Shown piece by piece: positions 42,278 through 55,617 of a stretch of 64,000 bases of DNA. Under the pieces are notes generated by a model. That model did no database searches, had not been told where the DNA came from, and saw only the letters and a list, made by a program, of their open reading frames with translations. Numbering within the stretch: the stretch's first letter is position 1; each line of letters starts with the position of its first letter. Both the position numbers and the translations under genes were made by a program. The DNA comes from Octopus vulgaris (lineage: Eukaryota), in the NCBI GenBank assembly GCA_951406725.2, contig OX597825.1, forward strand, positions 8,556,001 through 8,620,000, in the 5' to 3' direction.

Positions 42278-43156
42278 ATATATATATATAATCCAATCAA
42301 GATAGAGTACTTCTGAAAGCCTGTGAGTGCAGGCACTGATGTCACATTTTACATGTTGTGCAAATTACTGGATAAATGCTAACAAGATATATACGGAGAT
42401 ACTGGTTGGAATTTCAGTTCCAAGATAATATTCTAATCAAGTATTTCTCTTCATCGACGCCTAACACTACATAACTAGAATCTGACGTTACAATCAACGA
42501 GCTTTTTTTATGATAAGCGACTGAGAAACCCAGGCTGTGGATCTGGGAAACAACCTAAATTGATGTTTAACAAGGAAACAAAAACAGCAACTGCTTAGTA
42601 TTCTAGTCATCATCAACCCAGATCAAAAGCAAGCATTTAAAAAATCGCTTTACTCTAAACGCTAAAGAACTAATGATTATGAACGTATAGGATCCAATTT
42701 TAGCGCTATATGGTTTATGCTTTAAGGTTTTATTGGGGTCTTCCATTTTCTACCTTTATTTCCTAAATTATGCATTCAATTTCGATTTTGTAATAAAACA
42801 TACGCGATATTTGCGCTTTTAGTGGACGTACGTTCGCTATGCTATAAATTAGCTTGTTTTATTGCTTGGTATCCACAAAGTCAGTATGAGTGAAGAGGTT
42901 GATGATGTTACCAGAGGCAACTTGCCTACAGTTACGAGGCCGCGAAATAATTGTTGAACAACCTGAACAAAAGAGCACTTGTAATGTTTTTCTGCTGCCA
43001 AACATTTCAATCTTGCACATTTAGTAGAAGTTGCATGTATTGCTACATACAGGGTTTCGCCAAAATGATTTGGGTTTAATAAAAGCAAAATGGAGTAAAG
43101 AATGAAAAATGTATTTTTATTTAGGAAACGTACACCCACACCCACCCACACACACA

Positions 43157-43196
<40 letters not shown>

Positions 43197-43243
43197 TTTA
43201 TGAAAGAATGGAGTTGAACGACTTGTTAACAAATTTCCTTTAT

Positions 43244-43324
43244 TTTCGACATATGTTTCGAAGGCTGCATATTCCTAATTCCGAAGGAATAATGAGTACA
43301 TTATGCAGATTTCCCATCAGGAAA
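43244..43324 (-). ncRNA. Type I hammerhead motif (A9>G) within a (TA)n-flanked insert at about 43192-43440
   Basis: Stem I TTTC/GAAA; CTGATGG; stem II GAAATCTGCATA..TATGCAGCCTTC; GAAA; palindromic CATATG; cleavage triplet GUC; AATAAA immediately downstream. Confidence 0.75.
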
Positions 43325-43441
43325 GGCAAGGAACTTATGTCGACATCAAAATGCACAAATGCATTCTGATGTGAATTCACTAACCAGGTATCGGTTATCT
43401 TTCGAATTATCCTTAATAAGATAATTCATTCAACTACTCAA

Positions 43442-43501
<60 letters not shown>

Positions 43502-43509
43502 ATTTTGTT

Positions 43510-44110
43510 TCATTTGAGTTTTAAGAATTAAATCCGTCAAGTGGGTGATGTTACTGTCCACACACTGTCGAAGGCGTTCACAAAAGTTGTCAATAACTCG
43601 ACGGGTGACTCATGTGGATTGGCAGCAATTTCTTGATGTTCAACAGATCGAGAGCAATGAATGTATACCTCTGATTTCATGTGCCCCGACAGAAAAAATC
43701 CTATGGGTTCAAATTAGGTGATTGGGCAGGCTAACCGATGTCACCGAGGAACAACTCCCTCAAAATCCTCATCACATATCGAGAAGTGTAGGCTGTTGCC
43801 CAATCCTGTTGAAACCAACGTTATCCCTCTCGTCAAGTTAATTCAATTTTGGTTTCAGAAAAATATCTAGCATCGCACAATATCGATCAGAGTTCACAAT
43901 CACTTAACATTGTCTTCTTCGAAGAAGTGCAAACTCCAAATGCCGAATTCTCCTGCCACAGAATTTCCAGTAGGTATGGAATCATGTCCACCTAGCCTTA
44001 AGTTAACACGGAACGCTCTTCATTTTGCGGTTACGGATTCGTTGTTCTTGATAAATGTTTACACAATGAAGGCGCAAGGCTCGCGCGTCAAACACATGTT
44101 GGCTACTGAA
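43510..44110 (-). pseudogene. Degraded IS630-Tc1-mariner (rosa/maT-like) transposase C-terminus
   Basis: VNSDRYCAMLDIFLKPKL, GFQQDWATAYT, SPNLNP*DFFLSGHMKSEVY (cf. WFQQDGATAHT and SPDLTPCDFFLWGYLK). Confidence 0.7.
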
Positions 44111-45658
44111 AGTAAAATGAATAAAGATGTTACAATTTGCACCTATTGAAACAAAATGACATTATACATAGTTTTGGAAAAAAAGCTTTTTCTTTCTTTA
44201 CTCAATTTCTCTTTCATTATCATAGGATTGTATTAGGGTGCTTACAATTTCAGGGAAGCAATTTGGGATTTGAATTTAAACGGTTAGAGATCTACCTTGA
44301 TTTTAGACAATTAGAGATCTTCTTTGATATTTAGGATCGAAATGTTTGGTTAAAATTAAGCAGAAAAGTAAGATGATCCAGAGCACAATGTGAGGAATAT
44401 CGTTAAATGTAACGGAGTATCTTATGCTCCAAGACCAACCTCTGACATTCATGATTGAGGCTGATTCTAACGAAGATGGGGTATTTTATTGGAGTTTTTG
44501 GTGTATGAAAATCCTAAGACTATTGGATCTTAAAATAATCATTGGCTTTGTTTCTAAACTGAAAAAAACTTATTTAGTGGAGATAAATATTCCTTTCATA
44601 GGTGAGGTAGGTAAACCTCATGAAAACCATCACACAGTTTATCTTTGCTTACTTTTGAGCTGATTGTATAATAACGTATGGATGCCTATTACTAATATCA
44701 ATTGCATCACACTTTTCCTTGAGATATGCTTTTGTTACTGCATGCATAAATGACATATAATAATGGTTGGAATAACGTGAGAGGAATGAACCTGACCACT
44801 TTTAAATTTTGAAAGGCTACCTACATCGCAATCGCAATAGCATGAACTAAGTCTCTGCTGTCAGCCATTATATTTCATTTTATGCATAGTAAATAAACGA
44901 GGTTCTGCCATGAATTTTCTTCATGGTAGGCACCAAAACCTAAAGAACGTGTTATAGTTTTACATTTGATTAAAACTAAAAGCATTTCAATTTTTTTCTC
45001 CTTCATTTCCAAATCCAGCTGCATTATATTTAAGCCTCCACTCCTGATCCTATATTTTTTCCGTTTTGGTTAATTCAGAATATTATCTTTCCTTATTCTA
45101 CATTTTTATGCTAATCCATCAGCAAGGAACGTTTTTTACAACCAAAACTATTATACTTGTAGAGACAAAACTAAAAAATGTATAAAAGTTAAAAAGCATA
45201 TTTTATTAAATCGAAAATCGAAAGTGAAAAAGAAATAAATTTCATAAGATGAGTAAATTATATAAAAATGTGTAGCGGAAATTCATATGAAAGGTAAATG
45301 CCAATTAATTAAGGGTAAATGAATTGAAATGGGCATAATTTTTTTTTCTGCAATCGCACTTATTACCCTCTATTATCCTCTATTCTTATTTGATTAGTTA
45401 TATATCTTTCTTTTATGTTTGTCTATGTTTTAAGTTATTTACACTACGCCGACTTTTTACATAGTGGATACCGCCCTACATTTCAGTTTTTGAGTACTTT
45501 GTATTAATTCCCTTGCAGCTAGACCTGTGGTTATTAGCTCTAGTTTCGTTATTTACTTTCCCAGTACTACACTTTCTAATCTCATGCTTGGATTATTATC
45601 TTTGCTCCCTTTGTTTTGTTTCCCTTATTTCAGTTATTTCTCATTTTGATATATCTAT

Positions 45659-45824
45659 AGGCGCAGGAGTGGCTGTGTGGTAAGTAGCTTGTCTACCAAC
45701 CGCATGGTTCCGGGTTCAGTCCCACTGCGTGGCACCTTGGGTAAGTGTCTTCTACTATAGCCCCGGGCCGACAAATGCCTTTTGAGTGGATTTGGTAGAC
45801 GGAAACTGAAAGAAGCCTGTCGTA

Positions 45825-45874
<50 letters not shown>

Positions 45875-46082
45875 CGTGTGTGTGTGTGTTTGTGTGTCTC
45901 TGTTTGTCCCCTAGCATTGCTTGACAACCGATGTTGGTGTGTTTATGTCCCCGTCACTTAGCGGTTCGGCAAAAGAGACCGATAGAATAAGTACTGGGCT
46001 TACAAAAGAATAAGTCCCGGGGTCGAGTTGCTCGATTAAAGGCCGCAGTCAAATGCCTGAAACAAGTAAAAGAGTAAAAGAG
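45659..46082 (+). mobile_element. Full-length young tRNA-derived SINE with internal (TA)n(TG)n
   Basis: GGCGCAGGAGTGGCTGTGTGGTAAG (box A), GGTTCAGTCCC (box B-like), GGCACCTTGGGTAAGTGTC, tail ending GTAAAAGAGTAAAAGA. Confidence 0.92.
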
Positions 46083-46480
46083 ATTAATAACGCGTATTTC
46101 ATTACTCTTTGATATCAAATTACTACTTCTGTTCTCGTTATTTTTAATACCATACTGATGCAACATATTTAATCTCTTCGATTTCTGTGCTACAATGAAT
46201 TGTGCCAGGTCTCTAGTATTAGAAAATGCTATTCTAATTTTGTATTTATAGGAAATAATGTTATATTTATCATTATTTGGAAAATATTTTCCTACTGCCG
46301 AATACAATAATTTCGGAATGCTGGAAGTAATTTGCTTATCTAAGGGAATAATATACCATTCCGTATTATCAAATACATTATTCTTAGAGAATTTCTTGAT
46401 GTTCTTATTAAAACTATTTATCGTATGTCTCTGGTTTTCATATTTGGTCTGTTTCTCCTGATATTTGCTTTTTATGGATA
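46083..46480 (-). pseudogene. Penelope-like element ORF fragment (RT thumb/linker, Naiad-like)
   Basis: WYIIPLDKQITSSIPKLLYSAVGKYFPNNDKYNIISYKYKIRIAFSNTRDLAQFI resembles the PLE pattern WFNPP..IG..F...I.K.FP..H...IFN...IKISYS...N. Confidence 0.6.
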
Positions 46481-46538
<58 letters not shown>

Positions 46539-46688
46539 TATATATTTATTAAAATCAAAATAAGGGTTAGAACAATTCATAGTTGTGCTAAATTCTTCTT
46601 GAGGACAATTCTTAGTGTTTGAGACCATTGCGGATCTATTTTTAGTGTAAGAGCGTCCACATAGTGGATTCTCTCTCATATTTGCGTA

Positions 46689-46753
<65 letters not shown>

Positions 46754-46825
46754 GTATATCTGTATGTATGTATGTATGTATGTATGTATGTATGTATGTA
46801 TGTATATATATTCATATTCAAAATG

Positions 46826-47027
46826 TGACCGCGTGTGTACCGTTGGCGATTTTTTCCTCCGTCTTCCCTTCTCTGGATCTTTCCTTTTCCTATGTTTCTT
46901 ACGAAGAGCTCCGCTCGAAACGTAAAACCTTCCTTCCTTCCTTCTTTCCTGAGCGTCCAATAATACTATATTTGTTCCACGTCCTCGCGTTGTTGTGTTT
47001 TCTCTTTGTGTTTTCATGTTTTGATAA

Positions 47028-47032
<5 letters not shown>
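46826..47032 (+). mobile_element. Short hammerhead-bearing element (PLE pLTR-like), copy 1
   Basis: Homologous to 50416-50592 in opposite orientation; ends in (TA)n. Confidence 0.8.
46894..46928 (+). ncRNA. Minimal hammerhead motif (G5>U)
   Basis: GTTT-CTTACGA-A-GAGC-TCC-GCTC-GAAA-CG-TA-AAAC. Confidence 0.7.
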
Positions 47033-47079
<47 letters not shown>

Positions 47080-47171
47080 TAAATATATATATATATTTAT
47101 TTTATTTATTTTATTTTATCTAGTTTCAGCTCACGAGCTGTGGCCATGCCGGGGCACCGCCATATATAAAG

Positions 47172-47243
<72 letters not shown>

Positions 47244-47258
47244 CAATTATGTACTGTA

Positions 47259-47649
47259 CTATCAGTATCCTCCGGCGTTGCTCGGGTTTGTAAGGGAAAT
47301 AACTATATAATCATTTTTAGAGATGCAAAGTATAATAGCCATCTCAATATGGCTAACCACAAAGGGGAGGTGTTACTGTAGCTTTTTACGTTCTGAGATA
47401 TAATAATACATTTTTAGAGAGTTACTTCCCTTATATATGCCAAAAATGCATTAAAATTAGAAAAATTGATGGTAATTTTTTTTTAAATCGTAGACTCATT
47501 GTAGACGCGCGTTAATACCCAGAAGGGATCGATATGAATCACGACTATAAGATACCCGGTTTTGGTTAAACTGCACCGCAAAATGTGGCAGTAGTTAGGA
47601 ATCTAAATCGTAGGAGACAGACAGCACACAACCTCACTTTTATATATAT
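47259..47649 (-). mobile_element. Non-autonomous Helitron-like element
   Basis: Minus strand begins TATATATAAAAGTGAGGTTGTGTGCTGTCTGTC and ends with hairpin CCCGAGCAACGCCGGAG followed by ATAG (CTAG variant). Confidence 0.65.
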
Positions 47650-48699
47650 TGTATGTAGTCACGTTATATTGGTTTATATTTAAGTATTTTTATACGAAAA
47701 TATACTTCGACTTTAACGTTACGTTCATCGATTTGTTCGGATCGAAACATTGTTATCGTTTGTTCATAGACGTATCTATATAATATATTAACTAGAGTTT
47801 TAACTTAACAGTTACCAGATTGTCTTTGTAGTGAAAGCCATCGTATGTGTGTGTGACAGAGGGAGATAGTGTGAGGATCGTTTTTAAAAACTTATTTTAG
47901 TTTCAAAATATTAAAATTGATGATGGATTCCACATGTTCAAATTTCAGGAAGAAATAAGAATAGTTCAAAAGAATTAAAGAAGACTTCATTGTGTTTTAC
48001 TCATAAGTTTGACAGGTAATGTAATAGTATATGAAAAATTGATTAAGAGAACAGTCGAATATCCGACAAGCGAACATATAGTTAAACAACAGAAAGCACA
48101 TTTTTTAATATGCTTGTCAAATAATTGAATTCCGTTTGCTTTTTATTATTATTATTAAACTGAATTATAGCATATGGTTTAGTAATCAGTGTCATTAACA
48201 TAAAAGCGGAAATATTTATGAATCATAAAATACAAACCACTTTATGATTTAGTTAACTTCATTTGAACAAAATCTTTTCAAAAATTTATCTAAATAGCAA
48301 CCGACAGAATCATATCACTTTTGTGCTACAGATTGCATAATGCATAGAAGATATTTAATTCGATACCGGAGTAAAATCACGGAATTCATTAATTCGCGAA
48401 TTTTATATAGTTGAGTTAAAGAGAACAGCTTCTTGGCCACCTCTCCTTTTAATAAATATTTGAATTTCTTGTTGGGAAATCAAAGGACACTTTATTACGC
48501 ACTTCGATTTCTTCCAATATACTTGTTTGTACTCGTTTTAACACCCTATAAAACCAATTTTCTTCTAAATTCTTCTCCCGAAGTTTCTATATTGGAAAGA
48601 AAACACGAAATTATTATATTTACTATTATTGTTATTATTACTATTATTATTGTTGTTGTTGTTATTTTTGCTGCTGTTTTTGTTGTTTTTGTTTTTCTT

Positions 48700-49260
48700 C
48701 TTTTGATTCGGGTTTTGTTGGAATACTTGGAGCCTTGCCTGTGTAGAAGATTTGCTACGGAATGAATCCACGCAGCACCGTAGTTTTGGGAAACCTCTTG
48801 TCCCCAGATGTTATTCCAAACTTGGCGGGTTTCTCCTGCTTCAGGAGGTGTAATATATTCTGTATTTCCCCCTAAGACCCTATAAAACTGCTACTGGTTA
48901 TTTAAAAATAACCAGTTTTGCTGGAACTGCGATATACGATCAGAGTAGCGCTGCACCTATGTTTTTGCCAGCACTCGATGTTTCAGGATTTCGATGACAG
49001 TTTTGACACCTTTCTTTTCTATTTGGTACTTCGTGTCAATTTATGCCCTTGCACATTTTTTCCATTTTTCCATTACCCTTTGAACCACTCTTCTATGCGG
49101 CTCAGATCTTTACACGGCTCAGTTAAAATATTGCCTTCAATTCTCCGTTTCCGCCTACCTCTCTGTTTTTCTTTCCAACCACTTGACCTCCTAAAATTGA
49201 AGCGGATCTGAGCAAGTCCCTTGTTTCCGTTAGCTATTTTATCAGAATGTATAACATCAT
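48700..49260 (-). pseudogene. R4/Dong-like LINE ORF fragment upstream of the RT
   Basis: LFLNNQ*QFYRVLGG..PPEAGETRQVWNNIW pattern; abuts a degenerate ATT/GTT microsatellite. Confidence 0.55.
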
Positions 49261-49314
49261 CAACTTTTTTTGTGTCGGCGTTTCACATTGTTACAGTCGA
49301 AGCTTCTTTAATTC

Positions 49315-49560
49315 GTGGTGAGTTGGCAGAATCGTTAGCACTCCGGGAAATATGACTAGCGTTATTTCGGCCGTCGTTCGATTTTGAGTTCAAATTCTGC
49401 AGAGGTCGAAGTTGCCTTTCATCAATTCGGATCGATGAAATAAGCATGAGTTAAGTACTGACGTTGATGTAATCGACTAGCCCCTTTCCCCAAAATTTCA
49501 GACCACGTACCCATACTAGAAAGGATTATTATTATTATTATTATTAGTAGTAGTAGTAGT
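49315..49560 (+). mobile_element. Nin-domain SINE with (ATT)n tail
   Basis: TGAGTTGGCAGAATCGTTAGCAC..GAGTTCAAATTC..GAGGTCGA..TTGCCTTTCATC..GATGTAATCGACT..CCCCAAAATTTCAG. Confidence 0.8.
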
Positions 49561-50377
49561 ATTGCAGAATATCAGGTGTTATTTTGATTGAACTTATATA
49601 GATTTAATTTTAAGTTGTAGTGTAGTGCTATGCCTAAATAATATCATTAGCAACAGCAAAAAATACGATGCGACATCGCTTCTAAAGAGATATGGCATCT
49701 ATTTCATTTTCCAACCAATTATCTTGAGATTTTGCGCATTTCTTCACCAGCAATAAAGTTATCTCTGTAAGTAATATTTTCAAAATTATGAATAACAGTT
49801 TCTCAAAATAAATGAGGCAATGCAAATTTGTTGCGTCATTCAATATCTTTTTTATATTACTTGTTATTGCATTGTATCAAATGTATTTCCAATATCATGC
49901 AGGTACTGAATTCTCAGTTGCGAATTTATAGGGTGACCGAAATCTCAGCGTATTTTTGACCTAATTAAATGCACTTCTTTCTCAAACTTTACAAGCACCA
50001 ATATCTTAGAATTTGCACCTCATCTGCGATGAAATTTAAATATAGATTATTTCCAGTGTAACTATGGAAAATTGATCAGGAGTTATGTAAGAGTATATGA
50101 GCCATGCATTATCTTAAATAAAAACAGGGCAATGGCCTTTTCAATTGAGAAACAAAGAGGCGAATTCCAGCAGTAAAAATGGAATGCAGATATTCAGTAG
50201 ACTATTTTTAGAGACAATACGTGATTAATTAAAACATTTGTTTTACGAACTGCGAGAAAATAGAAGTACTGACAAACTTTTTCCTGTTCAAACTGCTCAA
50301 AAGCTTAGAGAAATAGCACACAATTCATGTGATCATGAAACCACAAGCACTCATGCGTTTGAAATGCACACATGTAC

Positions 50378-50415
<38 letters not shown>

Positions 50416-50416
<1 letters not shown>

Positions 50417-50589
50417 AAGTTAATCTAAACAAGGAAGCACAAAAAAACACAACAACGCGGGGACGTGGAATAACTATAGTATTATTGGATTGCTCAGGAA
50501 AGAAGGAAAGAAGGAGGGTTTAACGTTTCGAGCGAAGCTCTTCGTCGGAAACATAGGAGAAGGAAAGATCCAGAGAAGGGAAGACAGAG

Positions 50590-50592
<3 letters not shown>
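50416..50592 (-). mobile_element. Short hammerhead-bearing element, copy 2
   Basis: Reverse complement of about 46855-47032; flanked by (TA)n on both sides. Confidence 0.8.
50518..50552 (-). ncRNA. Minimal hammerhead motif (U4>C)
   Basis: GTTT-CCGACGA-A-GAGC-TTC-GCTC-GAAA-CG-TT-AAAC. Confidence 0.72.
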
Positions 50593-50636
<44 letters not shown>

Positions 50637-50640
<4 letters not shown>

Positions 50641-50735
50641 GAGTTATCAAAAAATTCCCGGACTGGTTCTGTGGCGCGCCAACAGGTCGCAGCACACGAT
50701 TGCGTGCACAGCGAGGGCTAGCAGTGACATTCATG
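50637..50735 (+). mobile_element. Mariner-type MITE end fragment
   Basis: TA|TGAGGAGTTATCAAAAAATTCCCGGACTGG resembles the mariner-type TIR CGAGGG..ATC.AAAAGTT.CCGGACT; no partner end found. Confidence 0.45.
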
Positions 50736-51245
50736 ATTTTGGTAGATGCGATAATTTTAGTAAGATCTGTCTTTCACCAAGAAAAAATATAAAATTATTA
50801 CCACACGAGTCAAAGTATTCGGATTCTAAGCCAAATTTTATGGGCATTTGGTATAGAATAACCACATTCCAAAACACATCCTGTGTATAAAGCTTACTCA
50901 ACAAACCTCTCTTCCAGGAAATGCTGAAAAACATTTATGCTTCACACATTCAGCATAAACCCTTACGTTCTATATCAATTAGGCAAGCACATGAGAGTGT
51001 TCTTCAAATTTAATGATACTAGCAGTGCTCAAGGGCACCCTAATCTTCCATTTCATTTATTCCCTCTTATTTTTTCCGTATGAACCCATTGAAAAGACAT
51101 ATGATTTAAATTCAATTTCAAACTCCAATAGTTTTAAGCTTCGGAACCTTTATCGTTTTTTCAACAGTTTCATTTAATTAAGAATATTATTACTTCTAAA
51201 ACAGAGCTTCTCTTGTTTTATTCATATATACAATAATATATATAC

Positions 51246-51277
<32 letters not shown>

Positions 51278-51278
51278 G

Positions 51279-51357
<79 letters not shown>

Positions 51358-51654
51358 AGATATATATATTATTTATGTATATAAAATTATATATACACAT
51401 ATATATACATATATAAACATATATATATGCACACAAAAAGGTACGTATGCATAAATAAAGATGTATGTATTCCTATACGTGTTTTGCAGATGTGGCATTC
51501 TGTTTGTGTATTTATCTAACACGATATAATTAAATATATATGCATGTATAGGTATACGCATACACAATAATATAGTTATACACAAAGATATATCTATACA
51601 CACGCAGATATATATGTATATATATATATATGTATGTATGTATATATATACACG

Positions 51655-51705
<51 letters not shown>

Positions 51706-52542
51706 GCAGGATAAGTAATGTTAATCCGTTACCAGCAGGGTGGAGTTTATTTAAATATTAGAAACACAATGTGTACAACAGGCAATAAAACAATTTCAGG
51801 CATGTAAACGAATAGATGTTTCTCGAAAAGCATTGTATCTAATGCTTCAGTACACTTAACACTAAAACTCAGCATTAGTCTCCCAACCGCAAATGTTCTG
51901 ATACGAATTTGTGTGTACCTTATGTATACGTATATATATAAACGTATATTGCGCATGTGTGTCTATGTAAGCTCAAGTGCACAGACATACGCATGCATAC
52001 ACGCATAGGTATGTTTGTCAGTAGACAGATAGATACAACCGTAAATTTCATGGTTGTATTCTGTTTATGATAAATAATCTATTTCCCCTTGGATTTATCA
52101 TATTTTGAAAACATATCCGGTGGAATATCACTTGATAAAATGGACGGTGTTTAAAAATACGAATTTACGTTATGTTACTCTATTCAATTACATACTGGAT
52201 TCGTATATAAATTAAAACAGCGCTATTGAAAACATGTAGTAATATTTTAAAATATCCATGCATTTTCTTTTTTACTTTATACACATATAGGTGTGTCTGT
52301 TTGTGTGTGTGTGTATTTCATAAATGGGTTCCTTCAATCAACGGAAACGTAATTTATTGGTTTCCCAAAGAATTTTTTCGAAATTTCTCTCCCAGGAATT
52401 ATAACTTTTAAACTTATATATAGTAAATAATCCATTATGTTTGCAGGTCGTCCTTGCACGCCTGCAAAATAGACGTCGACGTAGGCAAGGGTACAGCTAT
52501 CCACAATTGTGTCACGATTCAGTGTACTTGTATACATTTACT

Positions 52543-52583
<41 letters not shown>

Positions 52584-52843
52584 CTCTCTCTCTCTCTCTC
52601 TCTCGTTCGCTAAATCAAGTAGCGTTCCGTGTTGTGCTTATTTTTTTTGCATGTGTGTAAAAATATTTAAGTGTCTCAACCCATCCTTAGTGCATAATCC
52701 ATCTGTGTATAAAATGTCCATAAAATCGGTTGAAAACTTTAAAAATTACGGTAGAAAATAAAGGTTCATATGAGAATTTGCTTTGAAAAATCGATGCTGA
52801 TTAAAAATTATCGACTTTGTGATATTCCAAGTGCATAAAAGCC

Positions 52844-52892
<49 letters not shown>

Positions 52893-52896
<4 letters not shown>

Positions 52897-53102
52897 CTCA
52901 GTCGAAGTGGATTCTCGGTTACTCGTTGGATCAGTGTCCTCCAGTCAGTTCTATCCCCTGGGCCGCTTCTTTCAGATCGGTTATGTCCATTCCGGTATCC
53001 CTCTTGATGGTGTCAAGCCAGCGGGTTCTTCGTCGACCTCTTCCTCTCTTGCCACTGACCATTCCGAGCATGATGTCCTTCTCCAGGGATTTTCTCCGCA
53101 TA
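52893..53102 (-). mobile_element. RTE (BovB-like) LINE 3' end within (TA)n
   Basis: IMRRKSLEKDIMLGMVSGKRGRGRRRTRWLDTIKRDTGM..LKEAAQ; tail ends CGACTGAGCGGA. Confidence 0.85.
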
Positions 53103-53146
<44 letters not shown>

Positions 53147-55469
53147 ATACAAATATACACGTATATATATATTCATACATACATACATGCTTACATATGA
53201 TCAGGTATGTACGTAGGTAGATAAATAGATCGATAGGTAGGTATATATGTATATAGGTGGATAGGTAGGAAGGTAGCTAGGTAGCTAGGTAGGTATGTTG
53301 GCGGGTAGGTAGGGGAGAGGATGGGAGGTTGAGATATATGTAGGTCAGGAAATAGAAATAATATTCATATTTGAAAACCAATCTTTCATCAAATATATAG
53401 AAATATGCTGCGTTCTTTTACACACTTTTAGCATGTTTCATATAGATATTTGGATGTGTGCAGACATATCCTGATATCCATATGTGTGTGCGCGCGCGCG
53501 CATGTGTGCGACCGTTTCTAAATGCGCAAATGCGAAATTTCTGGATTTACGTTTGATTCTTACTTACCATTCATTGAATTAGAGCGAATCGGAAACAGGT
53601 ACAAATCTTAGACTTTTTTTTTTTATTCTTTATCAAACGAATAAGGATGAATCTGTTATTCGATCACTCGGCAGCAAGACTTTTAATTATATTTCCAAAA
53701 TATTCATGAAAAACAATCATCAATATTTATGATGTCTTTGCTTCGCCAAATTATCTTTGCTCACCTTTGATATTCCCTTATAACAACTTCAGCAGAGGCT
53801 TTGAATAAATTCAACAGTCACATGTCTACGGAAACATACATCCAGATTTATGTAGGTAAATCAATAGATATATACAAATGAAATTGGATACATAGGGACA
53901 AAGATTCCGGAGCATATTCCCTTTCATACATGTACTAATACATGTTCGATCGAGCAAGTAGACACTACACTCTTCTGTTTTCTCTTAAACATAAGAATAA
54001 TCCCCTTATAAAAATACGCTCACACCTGTAAATTGATTAATTTGCGTAAATCCTCGTATTTACACAAAGAGTTATATTCTCCTTTTCACACCCTGCATTC
54101 TTTTATAGTTCACACATTTCTCCCTTTATATTCAACAAAGCAATTTTCTTGTAAAATCTCAAGAAGTTTTTCTTAATGTAAATGTAGAGTTTAAATTATT
54201 TTATTCAAAAGGTAGGGCGTTGCATTATACATAACCTCAGAATTCTATTAAAAGATTTACCAATTTTTACATAGCTTGTGATGTGAAACACATCGTCTGA
54301 AATTGTATACACTATCACACACACATATTTATGTGTGAGTATATTTAAGTGTGTGTGTGTGTGTGTGTATGTTAGTGTGTATGTGTATATGTGCGTGCAC
54401 GCGTGCTTGTGTGTGTGTGCGCAGCTATATGTTTGTTTTCGTATTTCTGCCGAAATTCCTGACGAAATGAACCGGCAACATTTTATCACGAAAAGATAGC
54501 GACAGAAATAGAGATCGATATTTGAATAGTGAAACACACAAAAAGAGAGAGAGAGTATGTAATTGTCTGGGAATCTTTCCTTGTACCACTGAGCAAGAAC
54601 GAATACTCAAAATGTCCTTGAAATGAGACAGGCTTTATACAACTTATACTCGCTGCTAGTCACTCATATTTCGCAATCTCTAATAACAAATGAATGTTCC
54701 TCAGTAATGGATGTTCATTTCTGTGAGCGCTTACGTACATCCCTCGAAAGTAAAAAAAATATTTTTAGCATGATATTTTGCCCATAAATTTCTGCCTGCC
54801 AATAATCTGGTTGAGGAATATTCTAGTTGCGAGTTATTGTCGATTAAACGTTGTGAATATTCACTAAAAGTTTGTGAGAGAAATTTACCTACTTTGTATT
54901 CCATCGAATCAGAACACAGACACACACAGACACACACACATACAATACGCTCATACACACATATTCTAGTGGCTACGTCTACCGAACATTTGAACAAATA
55001 AGTGCTTAGCTCCAAGTTATATTTGCAGACACTTGATTTCGGAGTGAAATTCAGAAAGACGCCTGTGCCTAGTTTATCTGCTGTTTAATTTCTTGGTATT
55101 AGTTTAATTACAGCACCACGCCTCTAGGCAGAGAGAGAGAACTATTTCCTTGTTACAACATTAACTCTATTGTTCTGAGGAAATATTTGCTTGCCATATA
55201 TCATACAGTTCTAATCGATGAGTATTACTTGCATATATGCGTACTACAAAATAAAGTATTTTACAAAAGCTTTCCTTTAACATAAAACGTTCAATATGAA
55301 TATTTTACAAGAATTAATAATTATTACTATACATGTGCTTCAGTATTAGGAAAGCAAAATATATCTCGATGTTTTCCATCTTTCCAGGAATTTGTTTCAA
55401 TAAAATAAATTGGTACATTATGTACTATATTTACACTTGACGGATATTAGTCCTCATCCTGATGTTATT

Positions 55470-55515
55470 AACACAACGTTTCGGCTGATATACCTTCCAC
55501 CTTTCATCAGGTGTC
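55470..55515 (-). ncRNA. Minimal type I hammerhead, core intact
   Basis: GACAC-CTGATGA-A-AGGTGG-AAGGTATA-TCAGCC-GAAA-CG-TT-GTGTT; stem II has mismatches. Confidence 0.78.
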
Positions 55516-55562
55516 TTGGGGAAATTTTAAACCTGGGTTCTCATTCCTAAGGTATTTTTAGA

Positions 55563-55596
<34 letters not shown>

Positions 55597-55617
55597 ATTA
55601 TTATTATTATTATTATT

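Noticed and set aside
45954-46679. 241-aa ORF as a gene
   Set aside because: It spans an unknown insert, (TA)n, a PLE fragment and an antisense SINE tail.
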